Source: Candidatus Bathyarchaeota archaeon (lineage in GTDB: Archaea; Thermoproteota; Bathyarchaeia; TCS64). From it: DNA of 64,000 nucleotides. The notes beneath the pieces are model-generated. The model saw only the letters and a list, made by a program, of their open reading frames with translations. It made no database searches and was not told the DNA's origin. Location of the stretch: positions 135,988 through 199,987 of the forward strand of contig CAWACK010000008.1 in assembly GCA_963780545.1 (NCBI GenBank). Reading direction: 5' to 3'. Below are positions 49,930 to 60,284 of this stretch, one piece after another (within the stretch, counting starts at the first letter, position 1; each line of letters starts with the position of its first letter). The translations under genes and the position numbers were made by a program.

Positions 49930-51777
49930 TTAACTATAGGATGGGAAATATTCTTTATCACCTGGGATGTAAAGGGCTTTCGAATATTCCTCCATGAACT
50001 CGACATCGACTAATAGGTCTACGTATACAGTCTTTATGGCAGCCTCCTTTGCTTCTTTACGTTTTTCATTAGAAAGGAGGGTTAAGTACGCGCCTGATAG
50101 AGAGCCATTACCAATTGGATGTATTTTTGCATTTGGGAACTCAGGCAAAATGCCTAATTTTGTTACGTTTTCCAAGTCTGAGTATGTGCCAAAAGCCCCG
50201 GCAAGGTATATATTATTAACGTCTTTTATGCCAATTTTCAGTTTTTTCATGAGTACTGTGATAGCTCCACAAGCCGCAGCTTTACTATCTATTACATAAT
50301 CTAAATCAACCTGTGTTATCACAATGTCCTGTCCTATCCCCGTTTTATTTGCTGGTATAACAACATACTCCAAACCCCATTTCCCCTCTCTTATGAATCG
50401 GGAAGAACTTGGGATGAATTTCCCTGCAAAATCCATTAACTTAACTCTGTAAAGCTCCGCCACAAGATCGATTAGACCTGAACCACATATACCCTTAGCA
50501 TTACCACCCCCGATCACAGAGTATTCTGCCTCATGAGTCGTGGGATCGATCCTTACATGGTCTATCCCTCCACGCGCAGCTCTCATGCCATGCCTAACGC
50601 CCTCTCCCTCAAATGCGGGACCCGAAGCACATGAACTAGAGAAAAGCCATTGTTTATTACCAAAAATTATCTCTCCGTTTGTACCGAGATCTACGATAAG
50701 GTTGACGCCTTCAGATTTGTGGATATTTGAGGCGAGAATGTCACCGATCGCGTCGCCTCCGAGGAATCTGCTAACATTTGGTAAACAATAAAGATACGCT
50801 TCAGGATGTAGATCAAGCCCAATTGTTTTAGCTTTAACTATGATGGGATCTCTTGAAACATTGACATTCGCTTCTTCGAGGTAGGATGAGTCGGCTCCGA
50901 CAAATAGGTGGTTCATAACGGTATTTCCACCGACGCATACGTCGGTAATAGAGGAGGGGGAAACTCCGGCTTCATATGTTAATTTATCTATTATACTCTT
51001 CACTGTATCGACAGCCGCCTTTTGGAGCCTCAAAAGGCCTTCTCTTTTTAATGCGTAAGATATCCGTGTGACTAATTCCTCTCCATAGGTAATCTGTCTG
51101 TTTAATTCTGATGCCCGACTTAGGACATTTCCGTTATTAAGATCTACAAGTAAACCGACAATTGTTGTGGTGCCTATATCGAATGCTAGACCAAGGTTAA
51201 TCTTTGTGTTATCTCCCCGCTCAATGTCTATGATTTCGGGGTAACCTCTTGCCCTTGAAATAAGGGCTGTTGCCTCAACATCATTTAAGAAGCTCTGTAA
51301 TTTATTGTAAATCTCCTCGCTTGCTCTCGGTTGAACCCCCGTATAATTTCTTAGTTTAATGCTTCTGAAGGGAAAGTTATGATTTATACTGGATTTAGTA
51401 TCGACAAGGAACTTTTGGGAGGGAGGGTCGAGTTTTTGTAATGAAATTTCTGTGTTTAACAGGATCTTTGGGTTTTCTATTCTACTTTCCATCGGAATTG
51501 TAAAGACGCAATCATCCAGAATTGTAACCATACAAGCCAAATAGTATTTTTCTCGAATCTCATTAGGATGAAGTAGTTTATCGGGAAGAGTCGATTTCTT
51601 CTTGATTTTTCCCTTTTCAAGGATTACCTTACATTTACCGCATTCACCCTTTCCTCCACAGAGAGACTCAATCCTGATTTCCTCTCTCCTCATAATATCG
51701 AGAAGATTATCCCCTTTCTCTGCCACTACAACTTTCCCAATGGGGTTGAATATTATTTTAACAGGCAAGGGGATCAT
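49930..51777 (-). CDS. RACo-type reductive activator of corrinoid protein (N-terminal 2Fe-2S ferredoxin + ASKHA ATPase)
   Basis: CGGKGECGKCKV plant-type ferredoxin motif. ASKHA motifs LAFDIGTTTIV and VDLGTNGEI. Length is 615 aa. Confidence 0.75.
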   Translation of the reverse strand: MIPLPVKIIFNPIGKVVVAEKGDNLLDIMRREEIRIESLCGGKGECGKCKVILEKGKIKKKSTLPDKLLHPNEIREKYYLACMVTILDDCVFTIPMESRIENPKILLNTEISLQKLDPPSQKFLVDTKSSINHNFPFRSIKLRNYTGVQPRASEEIYNKLQSFLNDVEATALISRARGYPEIIDIERGDNTKINLGLAFDIGTTTIVGLLVDLNNGNVLSRASELNRQITYGEELVTRISYALKREGLLRLQKAAVDTVKSIIDKLTYEAGVSPSSITDVCVGGNTVMNHLFVGADSSYLEEANVNVSRDPIIVKAKTIGLDLHPEAYLYCLPNVSRFLGGDAIGDILASNIHKSEGVNLIVDLGTNGEIIFGNKQWLFSSSCASGPAFEGEGVRHGMRAARGGIDHVRIDPTTHEAEYSVIGGGNAKGICGSGLIDLVAELYRVKLMDFAGKFIPSSSRFIREGKWGLEYVVIPANKTGIGQDIVITQVDLDYVIDSKAAACGAITVLMKKLKIGIKDVNNIYLAGAFGTYSDLENVTKLGILPEFPNAKIHPIGNGSLSGAYLTLLSNEKRKEAKEAAIKTVYVDLLVDVEFMEEYSKALYIPGDKEYFPSYS

Positions 51778-51970
51778 TATAAATCGTATGCGAGCTTAAA
51801 AATTCTAATTAATCCATTATGAAATTTTGGTTTAATAATTTTCCTTAATGGTTAGGGTTAATCTTAAAAATTGTTTCAACATAATGTAATATGTCCGCCT
51901 ATTCACTTAGGATATGTAATGTGAATTATGCGAAGATGTACGAGGTTGACGCTTTAAGAAGGAACTGAAT

Positions 51971-52927
51971 TTGGAAAAATTGAAAATTGCAATGTACTGG
52001 GGTGCAGCGTGTGGTGGCTGCGATATTTCGGTACTGGAGATTGGGGAACATATTCTGGATTTAGTTGCTGTAGCTGATATCGTTTTCTGGCCTGCTGCTT
52101 TGGATTTCAAATATGAAGATGTTGAGAAATTACCTGAAAAATATATCGATGTTTGTTTGTTTAATGGTGCTATTAGAACCTCTGAAAATAAGCATATCGC
52201 GGAGCTCTTGCGGGCGAAATCAAAGGTGCTAATTGCGTTTGGTTCCTGTGCAGTTGAAGGATGTATTCCGGGTTTAGCGAATCTTAAGAAACGTGAAGAT
52301 ATTCTCTCTCGAGTTTTTATAGAAACGCCTACTACTGTTAACCCTCAACGTCAACTTCCCAGAATGAACGTTAATGTGCCGGAGGGAGATCTCGAGTTAC
52401 CAGAGTTCTCAGAGAAAGTAGAGACGTTAGCCCAAGTCGTTGACGTTGATTACTTCATTCCGGGTTGTCCACCTGTAGGTGAGCAGGCGTGGAATGGAAT
52501 CCAGAAACTGATTAGCGGATCTCCACCCCCAAAGAAGTCCTACATTGGGTGTGGAACTAGAGCCTTATGTGAAGAGTGCCCAAGGAAAAGAGAAAAAAAG
52601 AAAATTAAGAAAATATACCGAAATTACCAGTTGATTCCTAATACAGAGGATTGCCTATTGGAACAAGGACTTGTATGTGTCGGTCCCGCTACCAGAGAAG
52701 GTTGCGGTGCTCAGTGCATTAAGGCAAATATGCCTTGTATTGGTTGTTATGGTCCTATTCCTGAAAATAGTGACCAAGGGGCGAAGATGATCTCAGCTTT
52801 AACATCAACGCTTGATGCTGAAAGTGACGTAGAAGCTAAAGCTATTTTAAATGATTTAGTTGACCCGGTTGGGACGTTTTACTACTTCAGTGTGGCTAAT
52901 TCGGTCTTAAAGAGGTCTAAGCCTTGA
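51971..52927 (+). CDS. mvhG: NiFe hydrogenase small subunit, group 3 (MvhG-like)
   Basis: WGAACGGCDIS and FGSCAVEGC proximal-cluster motifs. Further Cys clusters in the C-terminus. Confidence 0.75.
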   Translation: MEKLKIAMYWGAACGGCDISVLEIGEHILDLVAVADIVFWPAALDFKYEDVEKLPEKYIDVCLFNGAIRTSENKHIAELLRAKSKVLIAFGSCAVEGCIPGLANLKKREDILSRVFIETPTTVNPQRQLPRMNVNVPEGDLELPEFSEKVETLAQVVDVDYFIPGCPPVGEQAWNGIQKLISGSPPPKKSYIGCGTRALCEECPRKREKKKIKKIYRNYQLIPNTEDCLLEQGLVCVGPATREGCGAQCIKANMPCIGCYGPIPENSDQGAKMISALTSTLDAESDVEAKAILNDLVDPVGTFYYFSVANSVLKRSKP

Positions 52928-54378
52928 AAGTAACAATTGATCCTGTTACGAGACTTGAAGGACATGGAAAAATTGAGATCTTTCTTGATGATGAGGGAAA
53001 CGTAGCAAATACCTACCTTCAGATACCTGAATTACGTGGTTTCGAAAAGTTTTGCGAGGGTCGACGAGTCGAGGAGATGCCGAATATTACGTCTCGTATC
53101 TGTGGCGTTTGCCCTGAAGCCCATAGCATGGCTTCACTTAAGGCTCTTGATTCGGTTTTCCAAGTTGAACCCTCTAGCCCAGTAAAAAAAGTTCGTGAAC
53201 TTCTCTATAGTGCATTCCAATTTGCCGATAAAGTGACTAATTTCTATATTCTTTCTGGTCCAGATTTCATCATTGGGCCAGAATCTAATCCTGAAGAACG
53301 GAACATTTTAGGTGTAATTAATAAAGTAGGGAAAGACATCGGAATTTCAGTAATAAAACATCGGTTAATGGGTCATAAAATCATTCAACTTATCGGTGGA
53401 CGTCAAATACATTCAAATTATGCTATCCCAGGTGGAATCAGTAAACCCATTAGTGCTGAAGAGTGCAACGAAATAAGAAAAATGGCTGAAGATATGGTTA
53501 GTTTTTCGAAGTATACACTCAATTTATTTGATGATATTGTTCTCAAAAACCAGAAAACTTTGGACATGATTTTGAGCGAAAATTTCGCAATTAAAACCTA
53601 TTACATGGGTACCGTAGATAAACATAATCGAGTTAATTTTTATGACGGAAATATTCGCATAGTGGACCCCGAAGGAAAAGAGGTAGCAAAATATTCAGAT
53701 GTTGATTACCAGAAATATATCGAAGAACAGGTTGAGCCTTGGACTTATTTGAAATTTCCATATCTGAAGAAAATAGGGTGGAAAGGGCTGGTTGAAGGGG
53801 AAGAAAGCGGAGTTTATAGTGCTTATCCCTTGTCTCGATTTAATGCAGCGGAGGGTATGGCAACACCACTAGCTCAAGAAGAATATAAGAAAATGTATGA
53901 ATCTCTTGGGGGAAAACCTGTACATTATATTTTAGCGGCGCATTGGGCAAGGTTAATAGAGATGATGTATGCTGCCGAAAGGACTTTAGAATTAATTAAT
54001 GACCCTGAAATTACCGAAAAAGATGTTAGACCGATTGTAACAACGACTCCATCGGAGGGTGTAGGTCACGTTGAGGCGCCAAGAGGGACTTTAATACATC
54101 ATTATTTAACCGATGAAAAGGGAATAGTTAAGAAGGTCAACTTAATCGTAGGAACAACTAATAATTATGCACCAATGAACATCTCAATTAAAAAGGCAGC
54201 TAGAAGCGTGATTAAAAATGGTAAGGTTTCAGAGGGTTCTTTAAATAAAATCGAGATGGCTTTAAGAGCTTATGATCCATGTATGGCATGCGCCACACAT
54301 TCGTGGTCGGGTGATGATTCAATTTCAGTAAATATTATAGAAGCTGATGGTAAAATTCTAAAAAGTTATAATATTTAA
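52924..54378 (+). CDS. mvhA: NiFe hydrogenase large subunit, group 3 (MvhA-like)
   Basis: N-terminal [14 protein letters not shown] and C-terminal DPCMACATH Ni-binding motifs. Overlaps the small-subunit stop. Confidence 0.85.
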   Translation: MKVTIDPVTRLEGHGKIEIFLDDEGNVANTYLQIPELRGFEKFCEGRRVEEMPNITSRICGVCPEAHSMASLKALDSVFQVEPSSPVKKVRELLYSAFQFADKVTNFYILSGPDFIIGPESNPEERNILGVINKVGKDIGISVIKHRLMGHKIIQLIGGRQIHSNYAIPGGISKPISAEECNEIRKMAEDMVSFSKYTLNLFDDIVLKNQKTLDMILSENFAIKTYYMGTVDKHNRVNFYDGNIRIVDPEGKEVAKYSDVDYQKYIEEQVEPWTYLKFPYLKKIGWKGLVEGEESGVYSAYPLSRFNAAEGMATPLAQEEYKKMYESLGGKPVHYILAAHWARLIEMMYAAERTLELINDPEITEKDVRPIVTTTPSEGVGHVEAPRGTLIHHYLTDEKGIVKKVNLIVGTTNNYAPMNISIKKAARSVIKNGKVSEGSLNKIEMALRAYDPCMACATHSWSGDDSISVNIIEADGKILKSYNI

Positions 54379-54431
54379 AATTGATTCTATTAAAAACATA
54401 TTTTTTTTGGGTTAAATATTAGTAAAAATAT

Positions 54432-55103
54432 TTATTCAACTAAATTATTAATTTCGCGTGGCCACTGAGCCTTTTTATAGTCACGTGGTGGATGAAATTT
54501 CTCGAATAAATCTAAACGATCGATCGCTTTAAGCCGTTCATAAATGTCGATCCACGCACATGGTTTTGTATATCCACCTACCTCACATTTTCCTTTAACA
54601 TTCCCTCCGCAAGGACCATTACGAATCTGTTTAGGACACCTAGTGATTGGACAAACACCGCCTGTGTCGGCGAGAATACAATTTCCGCAGGCCCTGCAAC
54701 GCTCAATCATTTTACCTTGCTCTCTTTCCTGTAGTCCATAAAACATCGAGTTCTGTGCAGGGTAGCATGTCTTCTCTGGGAAAACTTCTGTAATTGCTTG
54801 AACCCCGATGCCACAAGCGAAACTGACTATCGTATCCACATCCTCAACTTGGGGACGTAAAGTGGTGGATATTAAATTATTATCGCAAGAGACAGCCACA
54901 GTTGTGGCTTTAATTTCAAGTGTTTGGTTTTTTAGTTTCCCACCCATTTCGATTAGTTTAGCGTATAGAGAAGCTTCCTTCAAGCCTCTTGGGGGTTGAG
55001 TGCAACCGTCACAACCTACAAAGAGAACTTTTTTACTGGATTCCAAAAACCCGAGGATTTCGTCTATCGGTTTAACTTCTGTGATGATCATTTCAACTAT
55101 CAC
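54432..55103 (-). CDS. metV: MetV-like protein (methylene-tetrahydrofolate reductase C-terminal-domain family, zinc-ribbon)
   Basis: Cys-rich CRACGNCILADTGGVCPITRCPKQIRNGPCGG typical of MetV. Last gene of the metF operon. Confidence 0.6.
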   Translation of the reverse strand: MIVEMIITEVKPIDEILGFLESSKKVLFVGCDGCTQPPRGLKEASLYAKLIEMGGKLKNQTLEIKATTVAVSCDNNLISTTLRPQVEDVDTIVSFACGIGVQAITEVFPEKTCYPAQNSMFYGLQEREQGKMIERCRACGNCILADTGGVCPITRCPKQIRNGPCGGNVKGKCEVGGYTKPCAWIDIYERLKAIDRLDLFEKFHPPRDYKKAQWPREINNLVE

Positions 55104-55488
55104 CCTTCTCTTTACTTAACTTTAAATTTTTAATCAATAAATTAATGGACCCTGAAAAATCGTCAATGTACTCTGGTCGCACAAAGTCTACAGCTAATTT
55201 GTTATCGATTGAAAGCTGCTTTAAAATAGTCTTTAGATTGTTAATCCGAGCTTCGGCGACTTCATTTCCTTTTATTTTATCCATTTTACAACTATCTTTT
55301 TTACATCCGACCGCTAAGACAGCATCGAATCCATAGTATAAAGCTTGAACAACATGTATCGAATCCATTCTTCCTAAACATGGTAACGGAAGATATGTAA
55401 TATTACTGTCATCTTTATTTTCTGTTACAATGTTTTCCGTATTTATAGATAATTTTGGAAAATTGCACCATTGGCAATACATTACCAA
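55093..55488 (-). CDS. mvhD: MvhD/FlpD-family hydrogenase iron-sulfur subunit
   Basis: YCQWCNFPK...LPCLGR...AVLAVGCKKDSC; the FlpD fold. Confidence 0.65.
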   Translation of the reverse strand: MVMYCQWCNFPKLSINTENIVTENKDDSNITYLPLPCLGRMDSIHVVQALYYGFDAVLAVGCKKDSCKMDKIKGNEVAEARINNLKTILKQLSIDNKLAVDFVRPEYIDDFSGSINLLIKNLKLSKEKGDS

Positions 55489-55772
55489 AATATTAGAATG
55501 TTTTTCAAATTCGAAGTTGAATGAAGTGATTTAGAAATACTAACTATTGTATCTTCAATTTGACGTGAATCATATCCTTTCATTCGGATGGTAATTGCTG
55601 GGCAAAGCCCAACACAAACTCCGCATCCAACGCATATATCAGGGTCCACTGAGGGAGTGTCTTTTCCATTTAATTTGATGGCATTATATTTACAAGCATA
55701 CCAACAGTTCATACAAGAAACACAGTTAGACTGATCAATTTCTGCTTTAACTGAGTTCTCTTCAAGAGTCAA
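55482..55772 (-). CDS. 2x[4Fe-4S] ferredoxin
   Basis: CVSCMNCWYACKY and CVGCGVCVGLCP. Confidence 0.7.
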   Translation of the reverse strand: MTLEENSVKAEIDQSNCVSCMNCWYACKYNAIKLNGKDTPSVDPDICVGCGVCVGLCPAITIRMKGYDSRQIEDTIVSISKSLHSTSNLKNILIFW

Positions 55773-56368
55773 TAAGATTTGACTCGTATCCTAGATCATT
55801 CATTAAAGATTTTAGGAGTAAGTATCTATAATGCAGTTTTTTGCTGCCCTCTTTATATTTACATAGATCTTCTTCACAAGGTACTAGCACTAGATGTTTC
55901 ACATTTGAAGTTGTAATTTTTAGTATAGTTTCCGGGGAAACTCGTCCGAGACATGGAACTCTTAAAGTTAAATAATCATCTAATATGCGTATTTGTCGAT
56001 AATTTTTTAATTTCATCTGCAGAGGGACCATTTCCTTTACATGCTATAACTAGATTCAATGGACCTTTTCCGATTGATAACTGAGAAATGTGATCAACCA
56101 AAACTCCACTCTCATAATATACAGTTTTAATTGCAGATGATGGGCAGGAGCTTGGGCAGATACCGCAAGCCTGGCATTTATCTGGGTTAATCTTGACTTC
56201 TTCGAGTTTATTTTGTGTAAACTTTCCCTCTATAGCCTCATAAGGGCATGTGGAAATGCAAACCGCACATCTACTACATGCGTCTTGATCGATGCGAACT
56301 GCTAATTCACATTCTTGTGGACTCATTTCTATTCCCGAAACCGTCAATATTTTTACACCACTTTCCAC
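55762..56368 (-). pseudogene. Ferredoxin-MvhD-like fusion protein, split by a frameshift in an A/T6 run
   Basis: ORF 55976-56368 has 2x[4Fe-4S] (CSRCAVCISTCP; CQACGICPSSCP) and the start of an MvhD-like domain (LVIACKGNG). ORF 55762-56031 continues the MvhD fold (LRVPCLGRV...LVPCEEDLC). They overlap at aattttttaatttc (~55995-56010). Confidence 0.5.
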
Positions 56369-56378
56369 ACTTTTTCAA

Positions 56379-57308
56379 TTACATCGTTTCTTTTAGAAGA
56401 GGCTCGAAAATGCGTTCATATAGGACGGCCATGACGTGAATGCCAGCGGCTTTCGTGGTTTTTCTTATCTCTTTGATGAATGGAGCAAAGAATTCCATGT
56501 TAACTTCATCATAAAGCTTGTATTTTCTTTCTTTATCTGGTTCATCCTTTGCCTTTTTCATTTTTTCTAGTAGTTCAGGTGGAACATGGACACCGGGGAT
56601 GTTTTTATCGAAGAAGTCAGCGATACCAAAGGATTTTAGTGGGAACACACCAACTAGAACTGGACAATTATACTTTTCCACTTCTTTTAAGAAGGTTTTC
56701 GTCTTATCAATGTCGAACATCGTCTGAGTCTGTATAAAATCTATTCCAAGTCTAGATTTTCTGCCAATTTTCAAAACTTCTGGTTCCAAAGGATCGGCGT
56801 TAGGATTCGCTCCTACGCCTACGTTTAAATCCACTTTTCCGTGGATCTCGTTTCCCGCAATATCTACTTTCTCATCTATCATTTTATGAAGTAAATAGAC
56901 AAACTGTGTAGAATCAACGTCGTAAACGCTGAGAGCGTCGCGGTTGTCGCCTAAAGAGGTATGATCTCCGGAGATCGCAAGAATATTTTTTATCCCCAGG
57001 TGTGAAGCAGCTAAAACATCAGAAGCAAGAGCAAGCCTGTTACGATCTCTGACTGTCATTTGATAAACTGCTTCTAAGCCAACCTCTTTTTGGATGAAAT
57101 ACGAAGGCACAAGGGAATTCATGTAAGCATAAGCTAACGGGTTATCCGTTACATTTGCGGCAATAACATATGGCTTCATGGCTCTTGCACTGGTCAAAAT
57201 TTCCTCTATGCTGGTCACCTTTTCAGGTTCGAGTTCGCCTGTTAGAACGAACCTACCGGAACGGATCTCATTCACAAGCTTACTATAAGCTGGACGACTG
57301 ACTCCCAT
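56379..57308 (-). CDS. metF: 5,10-methylene-tetrahydrofolate reductase (MetF) family
   Basis: TIM-barrel MetF motifs (FVLTGELEP, AISGDHT, IQTQTMFDIDK). Start set at internal ATG 57306-57308 (MGVSRPAYSK). Confidence 0.8.
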   Translation of the reverse strand: MGVSRPAYSKLVNEIRSGRFVLTGELEPEKVTSIEEILTSARAMKPYVIAANVTDNPLAYAYMNSLVPSYFIQKEVGLEAVYQMTVRDRNRLALASDVLAASHLGIKNILAISGDHTSLGDNRDALSVYDVDSTQFVYLLHKMIDEKVDIAGNEIHGKVDLNVGVGANPNADPLEPEVLKIGRKSRLGIDFIQTQTMFDIDKTKTFLKEVEKYNCPVLVGVFPLKSFGIADFFDKNIPGVHVPPELLEKMKKAKDEPDKERKYKLYDEVNMEFFAPFIKEIRKTTKAAGIHVMAVLYERIFEPLLKETM

Positions 57309-57365
57309 GGTGTAATAGATATTTATTCTCTTTATAATATTTATAACAAAGTTCGTAGAGGTTAG

Positions 57366-59735
57366 TTGATACAACCAGGTTGTGAACAATTGCCGGATAG
57401 AGACTTGAAACTAAAAATTGATGAGTTCTCCTCAACCGTCGGAATGTTCAAAGGTCTAGAGATAGATGTTGGCAGAATTTACTCCGAAGACTGGGACGAG
57501 GCAATGGGACCAACGCCATGGCCATCCGTTGGAACTCTTCGGAATTGGGACCGAAAACTTCTATCAAGGTACAAGCCTTTTTACATGCCTTTCTGTGACC
57601 TCTGTTGTCTTTGCACATTCGGTAAATGCGACCTCACAGGGGATAAACGAGGTGCATGTGGACTCGATATGCCCGCGCAGCAATCAAGAATCGTACTAAT
57701 AGCCGCCTTTATTGGGGCTTCTACACATGCCGCCCATGCTCGCCATATGCTAGATCATCTCATAAAAGAATACGGAAGGGATACTCCAATAGAAGTTGCA
57801 GTTAATACAGGTGTAGAAGCACCTAATATACGCCTAGTCTGTGGCATTCGACCAAAGACGCTTAAAGATCTAAAAGATGTTCTCGACTACGTCGAGTCCC
57901 AGATCGTCCAACTCGTCGCAGCGGCACACACCGGACAAGAGGGAGACAACATCGACTTCGAGTCTAAGGTCTTCCATGCGGGTATGCTGGATCACGTCGC
58001 ATTGGAGGTAGCCGATATAGCGCAGATCTCGGCGCTAGGGTTTCCGAAGGGAGAGCCGGAAACTGGCCTTACAGAGGTTGGTTACGGCGCTATAGATGTA
58101 ACGAAACCTGTGATAATGTGCATAGGTCACAATGTATTACCAAGTATAGATATCATAGACTACCTGATGAACAACAATCTCTTCGGTCAGGTAGAGGTGG
58201 GAGGTCTCTGCTGCACAGCCCATGATATGAGCCGTTACGATAAGAGGGCAAAAATTGTAGGCCCAATTTCATGGCAACTCCGCTTCATAAGATCAGGGAT
58301 ACCAGATCTAATAGTAGTTGACGAACAATGCATCCGAACAGACGTCATACAGGAAGCTAAGGCTATCGGGGTCCCAGTGATAGCTACGAGTGAAAAAAGC
58401 TGCCTAGGCCTCTTAGATGTCACCACCGAGGATACAGAAAAAATAATCAATGACCTTTCATTCAAAAATTTGGATGGGGTTCTAATCACCGATCCCAGGA
58501 AAGTTGGCGAGATCTCAGTAAAAACAGCAATTAACATATGGAAACGGAGGAAAGGTGAAAAGAAATATAATATTGGGGACATCGCAGAGGTTGCTAAGGC
58601 TTGTAGAGGATGCGGTGCATGCGTCCAATCTTGTCCAAATAACATTCCCATCGATGACGCTATTAAGGCAGCAAAAGAAGGAGATTACACACAACTCATT
58701 TCCCTTTACGACCTCTGTGTTGGCTGTGGCCGATGCGAAGAAGCTTGCCCCGTGGACCTACCAATTGTAAGCATGATAAACAAATCAAATGAGAAGGAGA
58801 CAATTCTGGAAAAGTACCCAATGAGAGTCGGACGCGGCGCTATACAGGATATCGAAATACGTGAGGTTGGCCAACCAATAGTATTCGGTGAGATACCGGG
58901 GGTAATTGCCATGGTGGGATGCGCAAATTATCCAGCGGGGACTGGAGATGTCGCTAAGATAAGTGAGGAGTTCCTCAAGCGCCGTTTTATCGTTGTCGCC
59001 TCTGGATGCTCAGCCATGAACATCGCGATGAGTCGTGACGAGGAGGGGCAAAATCTATATGAAAAATATCCAGGGAATTTCGATGCCGGTGGGCTAGTCA
59101 ACGTTGGCAGCTGTGTAGCGAATGCACATATTAGTGGTGCCGCAATAAAGATAGCCAACATCTTCGCAAAACGCCCGCTGAGGGGTAACTACGAAGAGAT
59201 CGCGGATTATATACTCAACCGAGTCGGCGCTGTAGGCGTTGCTTGGGGAGCAATGTCGCAGAAAGCAGCCGCCATAGCTGCGGGATGCTGGAGACTAGGA
59301 ATTCCGGTAGTCGTAGGCCCCCATGGTGCAAAGTATAGGCGTATGCTTCTAGGTAGAAAAGAGAAAGAAGAAGACTGGAAAGTATACAACGCCAGGGATG
59401 GAAAGGAGGTCTACGTAGGGCCAGTTCCTGAACACCTCTTCTATACGGCTGAGACGCTCGAAGAGGCTATCGTAATGATATCGAAGTTGGCGATGCGTCC
59501 CAATGACACCAATAAGGGAAGGGCAGTGAAGCTCAGCCACTACATCGATCTACATCAAAAGTATTACGGGTCAATGCCAGATGACCTTCACTTTTATGTT
59601 CGTAGGACTCAGGACATTCCATTCACTATGAGAGAGGAGGTCGTGAAAATCTTACAAGCGCAAAACTGGGTAGAGGACAAGATCGCCTCCCCTGATCCTA
59701 CTCTTCTGGATAGGCTTGTTAGGAAGCGAGAATGA
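57366..59735 (+). CDS. cdhA: Acetyl-CoA decarbonylase/synthase alpha subunit (CODH catalytic subunit)
   Basis: 789 aa, Cys-rich N-terminus, embedded ferredoxin CRGCGACVQSCP / CVGCGRCEEACP, C-cluster region. Confidence 0.9.
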   Translation: MIQPGCEQLPDRDLKLKIDEFSSTVGMFKGLEIDVGRIYSEDWDEAMGPTPWPSVGTLRNWDRKLLSRYKPFYMPFCDLCCLCTFGKCDLTGDKRGACGLDMPAQQSRIVLIAAFIGASTHAAHARHMLDHLIKEYGRDTPIEVAVNTGVEAPNIRLVCGIRPKTLKDLKDVLDYVESQIVQLVAAAHTGQEGDNIDFESKVFHAGMLDHVALEVADIAQISALGFPKGEPETGLTEVGYGAIDVTKPVIMCIGHNVLPSIDIIDYLMNNNLFGQVEVGGLCCTAHDMSRYDKRAKIVGPISWQLRFIRSGIPDLIVVDEQCIRTDVIQEAKAIGVPVIATSEKSCLGLLDVTTEDTEKIINDLSFKNLDGVLITDPRKVGEISVKTAINIWKRRKGEKKYNIGDIAEVAKACRGCGACVQSCPNNIPIDDAIKAAKEGDYTQLISLYDLCVGCGRCEEACPVDLPIVSMINKSNEKETILEKYPMRVGRGAIQDIEIREVGQPIVFGEIPGVIAMVGCANYPAGTGDVAKISEEFLKRRFIVVASGCSAMNIAMSRDEEGQNLYEKYPGNFDAGGLVNVGSCVANAHISGAAIKIANIFAKRPLRGNYEEIADYILNRVGAVGVAWGAMSQKAAAIAAGCWRLGIPVVVGPHGAKYRRMLLGRKEKEEDWKVYNARDGKEVYVGPVPEHLFYTAETLEEAIVMISKLAMRPNDTNKGRAVKLSHYIDLHQKYYGSMPDDLHFYVRRTQDIPFTMREEVVKILQAQNWVEDKIASPDPTLLDRLVRKRE

Positions 59736-60283
59736 TGCCTGGAAGGATGATTACCGGTCAAATTGCCGAGATCCCCGGACCACAAAAGGCTCTGATTATA
59801 CAAAGCGCTGAATCATTGGCGGCGATGGTTAAAAGGGCCTCCAGGCCGCTCTTTGTCTTCGGATCGGAGTCTCAAAAAATCACGACTAACGATGGTGATC
59901 TAATAGATACTGCGATAGAGCTAAGTGAGAACCCTAAGAACACAATCGTAACAACTGGACATACTATAGCTGAATTCAGAAGAAGAAAGGTGGAAAAAGT
60001 ATACAGCATGCAGTTGATGAACCTAGGCGATCGCCTCAGGGACCCGGATTGGGGAGGATTCGATGGCAGAGGAGTTTACGACCTTGTTGTCTTCGTAGGT
60101 TTCACATATTATTTAGAATGGCTAGTTCTTTCAGGGTTGAAAAATTTCGCTAGAGAGCTAAAGACCATCTCACTCGATAGAACCTATCAGCCCAACGCAG
60201 ATTGGTCTATGGGGTTGATGACTGAAAAAGAGTGGAAGGATACACTTGAAAAGATCGTATCGATGTTAGTGGAGGTCAAATGA
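59732..60283 (+). CDS. cdhB: ACDS epsilon subunit
   Basis: 183 aa, position and similarity. Confidence 0.8.
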   Translation: MMPGRMITGQIAEIPGPQKALIIQSAESLAAMVKRASRPLFVFGSESQKITTNDGDLIDTAIELSENPKNTIVTTGHTIAEFRRRKVEKVYSMQLMNLGDRLRDPDWGGFDGRGVYDLVVFVGFTYYLEWLVLSGLKNFARELKTISLDRTYQPNADWSMGLMTEKEWKDTLEKIVSMLVEVK

Positions 60284-60284
60284 A

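Noticed and set aside
57466-59803. Several 60-140-aa ORFs on both strands within cdhA.
   Set aside because: They are internal to a 789-aa ORF with full-length CODH alpha-subunit similarity. Shadow frames.
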